In this document: positions 18,966-29,562 of the stretch, piece by piece
How positions within the stretch are numbered: position 1 is the first letter of the stretch
Layout of the letters: the number at the start of each line of letters is the position of its first letter
Assembly: GCA_963663225.1 (NCBI GenBank)
Contig: OY760142.1
Location: 288,001 to 352,000, forward strand
Length of the DNA stretch: 64,000 nucleotides
DNA from: Nitrospirota bacterium
GTDB lineage: Bacteria; Nitrospirota; UBA9217
Direction of reading: 5' to 3'
The notes under the pieces: model-generated
Databases searched by the model: none
Told to the model about the DNA's origin: nothing
The model's input: only the letters and a program-made list of their open reading frames with translations
Position numbers and translations under genes: made by a program

Positions 18966-19466
18966 CTATTCCATATCACCAAGTTTTTTGAGAATTTTTT
19001 TCACAAACACGCTGCCGGTGCGTATGTCGAAAATGATTTTTCGACCGGAGTCCCCCCCTACGTCGGCATTGACAATCGGGATATGTTCTTTTTCCAGTGT
19101 GTCGCGGGCAAAGAGAATGTTTCGCTCGCCGATATTCATGAGCGAGCTTCTCATGGTGAGCACATCGCCTCCGCCGAACACTTTCGCCTGAAGGTTCTTT
19201 TTTGAGGCTCCGACGTGCAGCATTTTCTCAATCAGCTTTGGGATGGCGATGCTTCCGTATTTTGGTGAGGCAAGTCCTTCTCCATTCCAGAATGGAAGCA
19301 TATAGTGGTTCATACCGCCGGTTTTGGTCAGGGGATCCCATAGGCACACGGAGACACAGGAACCGAGAATAGTCGTGATAATGCAGGGGGCATTCTGGAC
19401 ACAAATACTGCCGGACATCAGGAAGTATTGTTTTTGTTCTTTTATGTCAGCTTTCGGAAGTTCCAT
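18966..19466 (-). CDS. cheD: Chemoreceptor glutamine deamidase CheD
   Basis: TILGSCVSVCLWD, GGMNHYMLP, AKVFGG, IGERN and DVGGxxGRKI motifs. Confidence 0.93.
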   Translation of the reverse strand: MELPKADIKEQKQYFLMSGSICVQNAPCIITTILGSCVSVCLWDPLTKTGGMNHYMLPFWNGEGLASPKYGSIAIPKLIEKMLHVGASKKNLQAKVFGGGDVLTMRSSLMNIGERNILFARDTLEKEHIPIVNADVGGDSGRKIIFDIRTGSVFVKKILKKLGDME

Positions 19467-19524
19467 TAAAAAAATATTGTATGCTCAAACAGCCTGCCCA
19501 CGGACTGATGCTGCCGTCCCCGGG

Positions 19525-20421
19525 CTAATATTGCTGTGCGCCGTCGAAAATCCGCTCGTTGCCGTCTTCCGACAGGTCGCGAATTTCGTCGCCCGTTCCG
19601 AGTTCGTTCAGCGTCAGGGTGAAGTTGCATCCCTTTCCCGGAGAGGATGATACCGTTACGTCACCGCCAAGCATGTCTGTGAGTGCTTTTACGATGCTCA
19701 GGCCGAGGCCCTGTCCTTTATGCTTTCTCATAGCCCCGGTATCAAGCTGCGTAAAGCGGTCAAATATCCTGTCTCGGTCTTTTTCCTCAATGCCGATGCC
19801 GGTATCAAGAACGCTCAGTCTCAGCAGTGGCCCGTCCTTTTTGGCAAAAACCTGCACCCTGCCGCCTTCCTGGCCGTACTCTATGGCGTTCGAAAGCAGG
19901 TTGGAAAGGATGCAGGACAGCTTCTCAGGATCTGTATTAAAAAACAGCACTGCTCCCGGTTTCGGCGCTTCCACCGAGCATTCTACCGCTATTTTTTTGT
20001 CCGTTGCCTGATGATGAAATGAATCCATCAGGCTCCAAATCAACCCGTTGATGTCCGTGTGAGAGACATTGACAGAAGCTTCGCCTGCTTCGATTTCTGC
20101 TGCAGTAAAGATATTCACCATCTTGAATTCCAGTTCGAATGCTTCCTTATAGATCAACTCCGCTGCGGTCCTGGCGGACTTCTCGTCAGGAATACCCTTG
20201 CTCAACTGCCGGGACATTCCAAGGATCACCGTCAACGGATTGTTGATTTCATTTCTGATGTTCGAAAGAAAGTTGCTTTTCAGGGATTCCGATTGCCGCA
20301 ATTTTTCATTGACGATCTCAAGCTCTCGGTTCGCGTCTGCGAAATCATTGAGCGTTTTCTTTCGCTCGGCAAGCCGCTTTTTGATCTCCTCGATCAGAAA
20401 ACCATCGCTAACTTCTTTCAC
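19525..20421 (-). CDS. Histidine-kinase-like ATPase lacking the phosphoacceptor His
   Basis: GTG start at 20421 with SD AAGGAGG; H-box reads FLSNIRNEINNPL; N, G1, F and G2 boxes intact. Confidence 0.85.
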   Translation of the reverse strand: MKEVSDGFLIEEIKKRLAERKKTLNDFADANRELEIVNEKLRQSESLKSNFLSNIRNEINNPLTVILGMSRQLSKGIPDEKSARTAAELIYKEAFELEFKMVNIFTAAEIEAGEASVNVSHTDINGLIWSLMDSFHHQATDKKIAVECSVEAPKPGAVLFFNTDPEKLSCILSNLLSNAIEYGQEGGRVQVFAKKDGPLLRLSVLDTGIGIEEKDRDRIFDRFTQLDTGAMRKHKGQGLGLSIVKALTDMLGGDVTVSSSPGKGCNFTLTLNELGTGDEIRDLSEDGNERIFDGAQQY

Positions 20422-20498
20422 GTTTTCCTCCTTGCGTATTGCAGAACATCCCATCAACTGTATCCTCATGCATCGGACAGCGGGTCCTGCACGGAGCA

Positions 20499-21560
20499 TC
20501 ATCCCCGCAGCAGACCGATAATATCCCGCTCGCGTTTCATGATATATTTCGCCATATTGTCGGCGTCCCACGGATGCAATCTGAACTCGGCGCCATACTG
20601 ATAGCCTCTGCAGGATTCTTTTTTATGACGGATGGTCCCCCGCGTGATTATGACCGTAAAAGTATCCGGCAGCACAATGGTAAAATAGCAGGAAGTTCCC
20701 GGCGCAATGTCGCGCGGGCACAGAAAACCCACACCCTGCTGGCTAATATCAATCACGGGATAGTTCACCGTCGGTTCATTTGCGATAAGGATGTATAACC
20801 CGACAGGGTCAACCCTGCTCGGCTGAATGCGGATGTCCCGGACAGTAAACATTTTTTCCGGAATGCCGATGGTTATTTCGTTGTCTAATATTGCATCGAT
20901 GCAGGCAATGCCTTCCTTGTTTTCCTGCTTATAGGGGAAAAAGGCCCGGACGCACGTTCCTTTCCTCAGACTCCTGAAAAAAAGCGTATGCTTGAAATTA
21001 TGAAGCACCAGCATGTTGCCACGAATTTCTCTGATCGTACAAATGCCCCGCGCAAGAATAGGGTCGCCGTGTTCCTTCACTTCGAACCCGAGCATAACCG
21101 GCAGTTTATTTTTTATCAGATACGCGGCCAGTTCACGGATTTTCCCCCCGTCTTCAAGGGGTGGTTCATCCGTTTTTCTGGCGTATTCCTTGTCGGGAAG
21201 GCAATCCTGGGGCTCGGCTCCCCTGTTCACAGTTGTGCTGTTCAGAACAAATCGGAGCACTTGTTTTAATTCTTCCGCTTCCAGCCGCTGTAAGTTTAGA
21301 ACAAGAGCATTTGGCAATCCCTGTTCCGCGGGCGAAGAAACGTTTTTGGATGACAGAAATAGCACGCGACGTGCTTCTCCCCGCTCCCTCACGGCATCAT
21401 AAAATGCCCGGCATGCCCCATCCAGCGGCACAACAGCAAGGTCGTCTGGTCCGCTTTCCAGGAGGAAGGATTCTCTGATCTCTCCCTCTTCCCGGATCAT
21501 GACCGGCATGTTTTTTTCAAGATATGAGTTATTTATTTTCGGCGTTGTCCAGATCTGCAT
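20499..21560 (-). CDS. C-terminal PilZ domain protein
   Basis: RDIR (degenerate RxxxR), IDISQQG and GxIRH...YGAEF; start could be 21509. Confidence 0.72.
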   Translation of the reverse strand: MQIWTTPKINNSYLEKNMPVMIREEGEIRESFLLESGPDDLAVVPLDGACRAFYDAVRERGEARRVLFLSSKNVSSPAEQGLPNALVLNLQRLEAEELKQVLRFVLNSTTVNRGAEPQDCLPDKEYARKTDEPPLEDGGKIRELAAYLIKNKLPVMLGFEVKEHGDPILARGICTIREIRGNMLVLHNFKHTLFFRSLRKGTCVRAFFPYKQENKEGIACIDAILDNEITIGIPEKMFTVRDIRIQPSRVDPVGLYILIANEPTVNYPVIDISQQGVGFLCPRDIAPGTSCYFTIVLPDTFTVIITRGTIRHKKESCRGYQYGAEFRLHPWDADNMAKYIMKRERDIIGLLRG

Positions 21561-21615
21561 AGTTCATCCATGAATAGTCTATTGTATGTATTATCGCGTG
21601 CAATCAGCGGAGGAA

Positions 21616-22689
21616 TTATGCACATTCCTGCAGGACCGCGGCGGAGATTCTGTTCAGCGGAAGGACTTTGTCCACAGCACCCAGTTCGATGGCTTTCATG
21701 GGCATCCCGAAGACCACGCAGGTTGCTTCATCCTGAGCGATATTGGTCGCTCCTGCTTCTTTCATTTCCAGCATGCCTTTTGCTCCGTCATCTCCCATGC
21801 CGGTCATAATCACGCCGACGGCGTTTTTCCCCGCATACCGCGCCGCGGAACGGAACAGAACGTCCACCGACGGGCGGTGGCGGCTGACAAGGGGGCCGTC
21901 CTTTATTTCCACAAAATAGCGGGCACCACTTCGCTTCAGCAGCAAATGATGATTTCCCGCTGCAATAAGAGCACGGCCCCGGATCACGGTGTCCCCGTTT
22001 TCAGCCTCTTTTACCGAAATCCGGCATGTCGAGTCAAGGCGCGTAGCGAACGCTTTTGTGAAATGCTCAGGCATATGCTGAACGATCACAATGCCCGGCG
22101 TATCGAGCGGCATGGATTCAAGGAAACTCTTCAGGGCCTCCGTGCCCCCTGTCGACGCTCCGACAACCACCACTTTCTCCGTCGTCCGAATCATCGCCTC
22201 GCTTGTCGCCGAGGCCTTTGCAATAACCACGTCAGCCGTAAGCTTTGGAGTAACCTGATGCGCATGGGACGAAATGCGCTTCACATTTGCAGCCGCAGCG
22301 GCCTTCACGGCATCACAGATGCGTATCCGAGATTCTTCCAGATAGATTTTTGTTCCGAGACGGGGTTTTGTAATAATATCGACAGCACCATATTCCAGCG
22401 CTTTCATGGCCGTTTCGGATCCCTCATCCGCAAGACTCGAACAGATCACCACCGGTATCGGGTGCTGGCTCATGATCTTCTGCAGAAAGGTTATCCCATC
22501 CATGCGGGGCATTTCCACATCAAGCGTTATGACGTCCGGTACCTGGTGCCGGATTTTTTCCGCCGCTATGAACGGATCCGGGGCCGTGGCCATAATCTGG
22601 ATATCGGGGTCTGACGATAAAATTTCCTGCAGCGTCTGCCTGACCACCGCTGAATCGTCGACAATCAGCACGTTGATTTTATTATTCAT
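21616..22689 (-). CDS. cheB: Chemotaxis methylesterase CheB (system 1)
   Basis: Receiver plus GASTGG, QHMP, HRPSVD and GMGDDG motifs. Confidence 0.95.
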   Translation of the reverse strand: MNNKINVLIVDDSAVVRQTLQEILSSDPDIQIMATAPDPFIAAEKIRHQVPDVITLDVEMPRMDGITFLQKIMSQHPIPVVICSSLADEGSETAMKALEYGAVDIITKPRLGTKIYLEESRIRICDAVKAAAAANVKRISSHAHQVTPKLTADVVIAKASATSEAMIRTTEKVVVVGASTGGTEALKSFLESMPLDTPGIVIVQHMPEHFTKAFATRLDSTCRISVKEAENGDTVIRGRALIAAGNHHLLLKRSGARYFVEIKDGPLVSRHRPSVDVLFRSAARYAGKNAVGVIMTGMGDDGAKGMLEMKEAGATNIAQDEATCVVFGMPMKAIELGAVDKVLPLNRISAAVLQECA

Positions 22690-22754
22690 ATAATTGGCCC
22701 TCAAAATTGCCGCTTGATTGCTTTTCGGGCCCCTCCTTCCGAAAGCATCCGTTT

Positions 22755-23612
22755 TTATGCCTCTTTACGGTAAATCGTTGACGAAATACGCGTAAACGGA
22801 AGTGCAAAACCGTGTATCGTTTCGGAATGTCCCAGGAATAAATAACCGCCCGGCTTCAAATACGAGCAAAGTTTTGTCAGCAGCTCCTCCTGTGTCTTCC
22901 GGTCGAAATAAATAATTACATTCCGGCAGAAAATGACATGTATTGACTCCGGAGCCATGAGCCTTGCATCCATAAGATTCAATCTCTGGAACTGGACGCG
23001 CGCTCTTAATTCCGGCGAGATGCGTACAAGTCCTTTCTGCCGGTCTTTGCCCCGGAGCAGATATTTTTTTTTCATTTCGTACGGAATGCCTGCTGTCTGA
23101 TCTTCCTCGTAGATGGCAATGCGCGCTTTTTCAAGCACTTTGGTCGATATGTCGGTGGCAAGAATGGAATAATGAAAATCGGTACAGTGCGATGAAAAAT
23201 CATTCAGGACCATCGCCATGGTGTAGGGTTCTTCACCTGACGAGCAGGCCGCACTCCAAATCGTGAATTTTTCCGACCGTTCCGTCTTTACATATTCCGG
23301 CAGAAGGGTATCGGTGAGAAAATTAAAGTGGACCGGTTCCCTGAAAAAATCCGTTTTGTTCGTGGTCACGCAGTCTATCATGTGCACATATTCGCTTTCC
23401 CTGTGGGGAGAGTCGAACAGATAGTCGCAGTAGTCCTTATACGAAGTGATCCCAAGGCTGCGAAGGCGCTTTTGGAGACGCGCTTCCAGCATGACCTTTT
23501 TGACCGGGGGCATCTTAATGCCGCAGTGATCATAAATGAACTCGCTCAAGCGCTGAAAATCAGCATGCGTCATGGCCAGCTGTGATTGTGTCGGTTTTAA
23601 TACGTCACCCAT
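22755..23612 (-). CDS. cheR: Chemotaxis methyltransferase CheR (system 1)
   Basis: [32 protein letters not shown] and GHSE motifs. Confidence 0.95.
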   Translation of the reverse strand: MGDVLKPTQSQLAMTHADFQRLSEFIYDHCGIKMPPVKKVMLEARLQKRLRSLGITSYKDYCDYLFDSPHRESEYVHMIDCVTTNKTDFFREPVHFNFLTDTLLPEYVKTERSEKFTIWSAACSSGEEPYTMAMVLNDFSSHCTDFHYSILATDISTKVLEKARIAIYEEDQTAGIPYEMKKKYLLRGKDRQKGLVRISPELRARVQFQRLNLMDARLMAPESIHVIFCRNVIIYFDRKTQEELLTKLCSYLKPGGYLFLGHSETIHGFALPFTRISSTIYRKEA

Positions 23613-23707
23613 GCCTGTATCCGTTCTGCAGGAAAAAGCGCTCTACCCGGATGGACCTCTGGAACAGGGTGGATCCGAACGATAGGCACACTGTTCTCCA
23701 TACAATC

Positions 23708-24133
23708 TTATGCTGTGTGCTCTACTACTATGCCGGACGCATGTATGTGCTGGTAGCAGCCGGCAGGAATATCTTTTGTAAGCGCTTTGTCCACGACTCT
23801 CCTGAGTTCCTTCAAAGCAACCGGTTTAATAAGGTATTCAAACACTCCGAGGCTGAGCGCTTTTAGGTACGCTTCGATGGAGCCGCACTCTGTTACCATA
23901 ATTACGGGAACGGAGGGTGTGCTCCTCTTGACTGATCGCAGAAGATCGAGCCTTTCCTGTCCGTCGGCCCGGCATGCGAGTATAATAATATCGAGCGGCA
24001 TGCCTTCATGGAAGACGGACAGGGCTGCATTTTCATCTTCTACGGCTATGACCATGTGTTCAGGTCCGGTTACAATCTCTGATATCTCTCCGGAGTTGTC
24101 CGAAGTACTTCCTACTACAAGAATTGTTTTCAT
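23708..24133 (-). CDS. Degenerate single-domain receiver protein
   Basis: Receiver fold (ILVV, PVIMVT, YLIKP) but the acidic pocket and phospho-Asp are absent; ATG at 24133 with SD GGGAG. Confidence 0.7.
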   Translation of the reverse strand: MKTILVVGSTSDNSGEISEIVTGPEHMVIAVEDENAALSVFHEGMPLDIIILACRADGQERLDLLRSVKRSTPSVPVIMVTECGSIEAYLKALSLGVFEYLIKPVALKELRRVVDKALTKDIPAGCYQHIHASGIVVEHTA

Positions 24134-24202
24134 ATTCTCCCTGACCGGGAAACACGCCGTTATTCTGTTTTTCAGAATTTCATCCGGTGCTCTCACCGCG
24201 TT

Positions 24203-24697
24203 CTACGCCGCGCCGGCCTGCGTTGACTGCACCAGTGCGATGTCTTCCGTCGAAAATACCTTGTCGATATCAAGAAGAATAAGGAACCGCTCGTTTTGTT
24301 TTCCCATTCCTTTAATGAACTCTGTTTTCAGCCGCAGCCCGATTTTCGGTGCAGGTTCAATCTGGCCGGATTCGAGCTCAATAACCTCCTGCACCGAATC
24401 AGCAAGCGCACCCAGGATCGTTGTTTCATTGTCCACGGTCACTTCTGTGATAATGATGCATGTGTTCACGGTTTTTTCTGTTTTCGACAGGCCAAATTTC
24501 AGCCGAAGGTCAACAACCGGCACCACACTCCCCCGGAGGTTAATCACTCCCCGCATGAACTCGGGCGTTCTCGGCACTTTGGTAACTGAGGTAAAATCAA
24601 GCACTTCCCTGACTTTCGCGATGTCGACAGCGAACACTTCATCATCCAGCTTAAAGGTCAGGTATTGGGTGGATTCCGCAATCCCAGCCATACTCAT
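24203..24697 (-). CDS. cheW: CheW
   Basis: QYLTFKL, GVINLRGSVVPVVDLR; SD AGGAGG before ATG 24697. Confidence 0.95.
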   Translation of the reverse strand: MSMAGIAESTQYLTFKLDDEVFAVDIAKVREVLDFTSVTKVPRTPEFMRGVINLRGSVVPVVDLRLKFGLSKTEKTVNTCIIITEVTVDNETTILGALADSVQEVIELESGQIEPAPKIGLRLKTEFIKGMGKQNERFLILLDIDKVFSTEDIALVQSTQAGAA

Positions 24698-24781
24698 AAT
24701 GTCCTCCTGTACAAACCGGCCGTCGTTTTGATGAGGCAGATGCCGCACCAGTTTTCCGGCGGCCGATGTCGGTACCACGCT

Positions 24782-26476
24782 TTAGAATTTTTCAAACTCC
24801 GCGTCCCGCGCGTCGCCATTTCCTTTTACCATGTTCAATGCCACTCCCGCAGGTTTGGCCGCAGATTGCGCCTGGGCAGCCGCCGGTTTGTGCTCCAGAT
24901 GAGCCGCGCTCAGCTGACGTGCCGGTTCAACCGGTTTTTGAACAATGGTTTTTCTCGCCCTTTGTGCTTTCTCGTCAAGTTTGAAGAACGAGATCGTATC
25001 CTGGAGCTGTTCTGCCTGCGAGGAAAGCTCTTCCGCCGTGGAAGCCATCTCCTCCGCTGCGCTCGCGTTCTGTTGAATGACCTGGTTCAATTGCTGGATA
25101 GCGGCATTGATCTGATCGGAACCCGTGGTCTGTTCCTTCGACGCGGCGTTGATTTCCTGCACCAGTTCCGCCGTTTTCTGGATGTCCGGCACCAGTTTGG
25201 TAAGCATCTCGCCGGCCCGTTCGGCGACCTGCACGCTTGTTCCCGACAGGTTGCTGATTTCCGCAGCCGCGGTCTGGCTCCGCTCCGCGAGTTTCCTTAC
25301 CTCTGCGGCAACAACGGCAAACCCTTTCCCGTGTTCGCCGGCCCGCGCAGCTTCGATGGCGGCATTCAATGCAAGAAGGTTGGTCTGGCGTGCGATCTCT
25401 TCAATAATCGATATCTTGCTGGCGATCTCTTTCATTGCGATTACTGATTCAGCCACGGCTTTGCCGCTCTCGGAAGCGTCCGCCGAGGACTTCAGCGCGA
25501 TTTTTTCGGTCTGCTGTGCGTTGTCCGCATTCTGTCTTATCGTGGCGTTCATTTCTTCTACTGATGACGAGGCTTCTTCCGCAGATGCCGCCTGTTCGGT
25601 CGTTCCCTGAGACATCTGTTCGGAACCCGATGAAAGCTGCTGGCTGCCGGATGCCACATTATCCGAGGCAGTCTGCACATCCGCCACTACTTTCTTAAGT
25701 TGTTCGATCATGCTGTTCATTGCGCCTGCCATCTGGCCCACTTCATCCTTGCTGTCGACATCGAGGTTTCTGGTAAGATCGCCCGCGGCAATATTGTTGG
25801 CCACGCCGACCGCCTTGCTCAACGGCTGGGTTATTCCACGCGTAATCAGAAGTGCCGCGACGATGCCCAGAATAAGCGATACAGCGCAAATAACGCCTAT
25901 AAATAATTTTGCCCCGCTGTATGCTTTTTCCGCATTGTCGATCGCAGCCACATTGAGACCATGCTGAGCTTTGCTCAAGTCGCTGAGATCATCCAGCAAT
26001 TTCCGCTGGACCGGTCGTACTTCAGCAAGGAGTACTGAGGCCGCTTCTGCTTTTTTTCTGGCCTGAGCATAATCGATGACTTTGCGCATGGTGCCTTCCT
26101 TAGCCTTAGCGGCATCACTGATCTTAGCAAAAGCCTCTTTTCCTTTTTCCGTTACCAGCATGCCCGCAAGCTTTGATTTCGCCTCTTCAAAGCGCTTGCC
26201 GCCGTCCTCAATGCGCTTCTGCATTGCCTGAATTTCAGCGGTATCGGTCACCAGGATCATATTCCGTATTGCAATGGCTTCATCATTCACCGCCGTTGAC
26301 ATTCCTTCTATTAAATTCATTTTGACGATATTTTTGTCGGTTATATCTCTCAGATTGCTGTTAATCACCGCCATCCGTGATATACCGACTACGGCCATCA
26401 CCAGAATCAAGGCGATAAGCAAACCGAAGCTTGCCCCCAACCGTACACCTATTTTTGCATTTTTAAGAACTGACAT
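24782..26476 (-). CDS. Methyl-accepting chemotaxis protein (four-helix-bundle sensor, HAMP, C-terminal pentapeptide EFEKF)
   Basis: Two TM segments, [30 protein letters not shown], xFxxF tail. Confidence 0.95.
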   Translation of the reverse strand: MSVLKNAKIGVRLGASFGLLIALILVMAVVGISRMAVINSNLRDITDKNIVKMNLIEGMSTAVNDEAIAIRNMILVTDTAEIQAMQKRIEDGGKRFEEAKSKLAGMLVTEKGKEAFAKISDAAKAKEGTMRKVIDYAQARKKAEAASVLLAEVRPVQRKLLDDLSDLSKAQHGLNVAAIDNAEKAYSGAKLFIGVICAVSLILGIVAALLITRGITQPLSKAVGVANNIAAGDLTRNLDVDSKDEVGQMAGAMNSMIEQLKKVVADVQTASDNVASGSQQLSSGSEQMSQGTTEQAASAEEASSSVEEMNATIRQNADNAQQTEKIALKSSADASESGKAVAESVIAMKEIASKISIIEEIARQTNLLALNAAIEAARAGEHGKGFAVVAAEVRKLAERSQTAAAEISNLSGTSVQVAERAGEMLTKLVPDIQKTAELVQEINAASKEQTTGSDQINAAIQQLNQVIQQNASAAEEMASTAEELSSQAEQLQDTISFFKLDEKAQRARKTIVQKPVEPARQLSAAHLEHKPAAAQAQSAAKPAGVALNMVKGNGDARDAEFEKF

Positions 26477-26590
26477 AATTCCCTCCTTGGTTCTTCGATT
26501 GTTTAATCGTGTTCTCTATACAAAACAGCCGCTTTTCCTGCGACAACTCCGTCATAGCGGCTACTGCAGCACTGTTCACGCATGCTTACA

Positions 26591-28729
26591 TCAGGACACG
26601 TCACCTCCTCTGGCAAGAAGGTTTTCCTGCTGTTCAGCCAATCGGACGAGGTTCGGAATATCAAGGATCAGCGCAACGGTTCCATTGCCCAGTATTGTTG
26701 CTCCCGACACTCCTTCCACATCCTGGTAAAATTTCCCGAGTGATTTCAGAACAGTCTGGTGCTCTCCGATGATCGTATCGACCACAAAACCTACTCTCTG
26801 ATTTTCCACTCTCGTGATTACGATCTGCTCAATGTCAGGACCCTTTCCCCCGATCCTGAATTGCTCTCGAAGCCGTACATATGGCACAATCTGTCCCCGC
26901 ACGTTGGCTACATGTCTTCCGTGCGCGCTTTCAATGTCTTTCCGGGTCAGCTCCACGCATTCCTCAACCATCGTCAGCGGGAAGATGAAGTTTTCAGCGC
27001 CGATTCTTGTCAGGAATCCGTCTATGATGGCAAGCGTCAGCGGGAGATTCAGGGTGATCGTGGTCCCGACGCCGCGCGCGCTGCTGACATCGATTGTGCC
27101 CCGAAGTGAATCAATGGTTTTCTTCACGACATCCATTCCCACGCCGCGTCCGGAGACACTGGTAATCTCTTGCGCTGTAGAAAAACCGGGTGCAAAAATC
27201 AACGAGAACAGTTCTTGTTCGCTCAGCTCTGCTTCTGCACTGAGAAGTTTTCGTTCGATTGCTTTGGAGCGGATGGCGGCGGTATCGAGTCCCTTGCCGT
27301 CATCCCTGATGCGGATTACGACATTGGGTCCGGAATGCGATGCGGAGAGATGGAGGGTCCCCTGCCGCGTTTTTCCCAGCGATTCGCGCACTTCGGGTTT
27401 TTCAATTCCATGGTCGATACTGTTTCTGATCAAATGCACCAGCGGATCGCTCAGACGCTCGATCACGGTTTTGTCCATCTCCGTTTCCGCACCTTCGGTG
27501 GTAAGTTCGATTTCTTTGGATAGTTCCTGGGAGAGATTGCGGACAAGCCGTTTGAATTTGCTGAACGTCGTTCCGATGGGCAGCATGCGGATGTTCATCG
27601 TATTGTCGCGAAGGTTTGTGGTCAATCGCTCGATTTCCTCGGCGATCGAGACAAACTCGGGAATCTGCCGGGTAAATGCCGTCTGGCTGAGGCGGGCCTG
27701 CACGGTCACCAGTTCTCCCACCAGGTTCACTAAGGTGTCCAGCTTTTCCGTCGAAACGCGGATACTGGACGTCATATCGGCTTCTTGCCGCTTCTCCCGG
27801 GCTTCGCGCACGGCCTGCTGTTCTGCCAACGCGGATTCAATTTTGTTTCCGGCCACAAGGCCGTTTTCCACCAGTATTTCTCCAAAACGCTTTTTTGCCT
27901 TCAATACCAACTGGAGATCCGGAGCGGTGAGGTCACCGCGCTCCAGGAGAATATCGCCTAATTTTTTATACGAAACTTCATCATCCAGGACTCCATCCTC
28001 GTCGATGACCTCGATTTTCAGTTCGCAATCATCTTTGACGAAAATAAACACGTCCTGAATGGCATTGACGCCCCGATCAGTGGTCAGGATTATGTCCCAA
28101 TAGGTGTAGCAAAGTTCCGGATTATTGTCTGCCAGAGGTGGAATATCATCGGTTTGGGCTACAACCCTGCAGGAACCAAGCTGACGGAGTTCTTCCAGCA
28201 TCAGAAGAGGATCTATGCCGAGCATGAAAATATTCTGATTTGGTCGGAACCGGATGCGGTACGTAACGTTTTTTTCACCTGATTCTTTTGAGGATTCCGT
28301 GTCTTCGTGAACAGAAGCGGCAGGAGCGTTCTGCTCGTCCAGTGAAGGAACGAGTTTTCTGAGGGAAATAAGGATGCTGCGGGCTTTTGTGGCGTCTACC
28401 GTGCCGCCGTAATAATAAGCATCAAGCATCGCCTTTATATGGTCCCGCGCCGCAAGCGTTAAATCAATAAGTTCTTTTGATGCCGCCATTTTCCCTTTTC
28501 TGACCAGGTCAAGGGCGGTTTCGATGTCATGGGTAAACGATGCCACATCGTGAAATTCGCACGTTGCACCGGAACCTTTAATCGTATGCATGGCTCGAAA
28601 GGCCCGGGCAATTAGCTCCTGGTCCTGGGGGGTCTTCTCAAGCTCAAGCAGGGATGCTTCGAGTTCGGCCAGAAGTTCATACACTTCTTCCTTGAATGTC
28701 TCACGGAGCTTGCCAATGATATCTTCCAT
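26591..28729 (-). CDS. cheA: Chemotaxis histidine kinase CheA (system 1)
   Basis: FRAMHTIKG, LVNLVGELV, HLIRNSIDHG, SGRGVGMDVV, C-terminal CheW domain; ATG at 28729. Confidence 0.96.
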   Translation of the reverse strand: MEDIIGKLRETFKEEVYELLAELEASLLELEKTPQDQELIARAFRAMHTIKGSGATCEFHDVASFTHDIETALDLVRKGKMAASKELIDLTLAARDHIKAMLDAYYYGGTVDATKARSILISLRKLVPSLDEQNAPAASVHEDTESSKESGEKNVTYRIRFRPNQNIFMLGIDPLLMLEELRQLGSCRVVAQTDDIPPLADNNPELCYTYWDIILTTDRGVNAIQDVFIFVKDDCELKIEVIDEDGVLDDEVSYKKLGDILLERGDLTAPDLQLVLKAKKRFGEILVENGLVAGNKIESALAEQQAVREAREKRQEADMTSSIRVSTEKLDTLVNLVGELVTVQARLSQTAFTRQIPEFVSIAEEIERLTTNLRDNTMNIRMLPIGTTFSKFKRLVRNLSQELSKEIELTTEGAETEMDKTVIERLSDPLVHLIRNSIDHGIEKPEVRESLGKTRQGTLHLSASHSGPNVVIRIRDDGKGLDTAAIRSKAIERKLLSAEAELSEQELFSLIFAPGFSTAQEITSVSGRGVGMDVVKKTIDSLRGTIDVSSARGVGTTITLNLPLTLAIIDGFLTRIGAENFIFPLTMVEECVELTRKDIESAHGRHVANVRGQIVPYVRLREQFRIGGKGPDIEQIVITRVENQRVGFVVDTIIGEHQTVLKSLGKFYQDVEGVSGATILGNGTVALILDIPNLVRLAEQQENLLARGGDVS

Positions 28730-28746
28730 AGCGTCCTCTATGTCTG

Positions 28747-29106
28747 TTAGTGAACGTCGCCGGGTACTGCATCCTGAACCCAAAAACAGCTTTTCTGATC
28801 ATCCTGACGGCACCCGGTCAAACGATCGTATCCTGCCTCTGCTATAATTTTTTTCATTGCATCCGGCAGCAGACCGGCGCAAAAAAGCCGCTTGCCCGCT
28901 AGCGTGATGGAACGATGAATCGAACAGATCAGCTGCAACCCGGCCAGATCAACAGTCGTTACAGCGGCGCACTGCATAATGATCTCGTCCGCCTCATCCA
29001 GCGTTTTCAACAAAATGTCCTTGATCTCAGCGGCATACCGCACCGTTATCTCGCCATCGAGTATTATCGTTCCTTTTCGGTCCGTGACATCAACACGTGC
29101 CCCCAT
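28747..29106 (-). CDS. STAS domain protein
   Basis: LDGEITV...VDLAGLQLI; typical position between cheY and cheA. Confidence 0.8.
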   Translation of the reverse strand: MGARVDVTDRKGTIILDGEITVRYAAEIKDILLKTLDEADEIIMQCAAVTTVDLAGLQLICSIHRSITLAGKRLFCAGLLPDAMKKIIAEAGYDRLTGCRQDDQKSCFWVQDAVPGDVH

Positions 29107-29178
29107 AAGCCTCTTCACCTTTCACGCTTTATGTGCGTCGTCATTCCGCTTTCGGAAAGTTCTCTGCCTTGACCGCTT

Positions 29179-29544
29179 TTACTTCACAAATTTTTTCACT
29201 ACCTCCATAAGCTGTTCCGGCTTGAATGGTTTCACGATCCAGCCGCTCGCCCCGGCGGATTTGCCTTCCGCTTTCTTTTCTTCCTGTGATTCCGTCGTCA
29301 GCATCACGATAGGAATAAATTTGTAATTCGGCATGATCCTGATTTGCTTGATCATCTCTATCCCGTCCATTTCCGGCATGTTGAGGTCGGTCACCACCAT
29401 GTCGATCGTCTGGCCGGTCATTTTCCCTATGGCGTCTTTGCCGTTCACCGCCCCGATAACGTCGTACCCTGCATCTTTCAGTGCAAAAGTCACCAGCTGC
29501 CTCATGGAAGCTGAGTCATCTACGACTAAAAATGTTTTTGCCAC
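29179..29544 (-). CDS. cheY: CheY (system 1)
   Basis: VVDDS, VTDLNMP, MLTTES and WIVKPF motifs. Confidence 0.93.
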   Translation of the reverse strand: MAKTFLVVDDSASMRQLVTFALKDAGYDVIGAVNGKDAIGKMTGQTIDMVVTDLNMPEMDGIEMIKQIRIMPNYKFIPIVMLTTESQEEKKAEGKSAGASGWIVKPFKPEQLMEVVKKFVK

Positions 29545-29562
29545 TGGAACTCCTCCTTGCTG

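Noticed and set aside
21586-22614. 342-aa plus-strand ORF
   Set aside because: Antisense shadow of cheB with no recognisable motifs.
26814-28058. 414-aa plus-strand ORF, and similar long ORFs at 23787-24731, 53504-54316 and 40534-41307
   Set aside because: Antisense shadows of cheA, cheW and the TPR gene, explained by codon bias.
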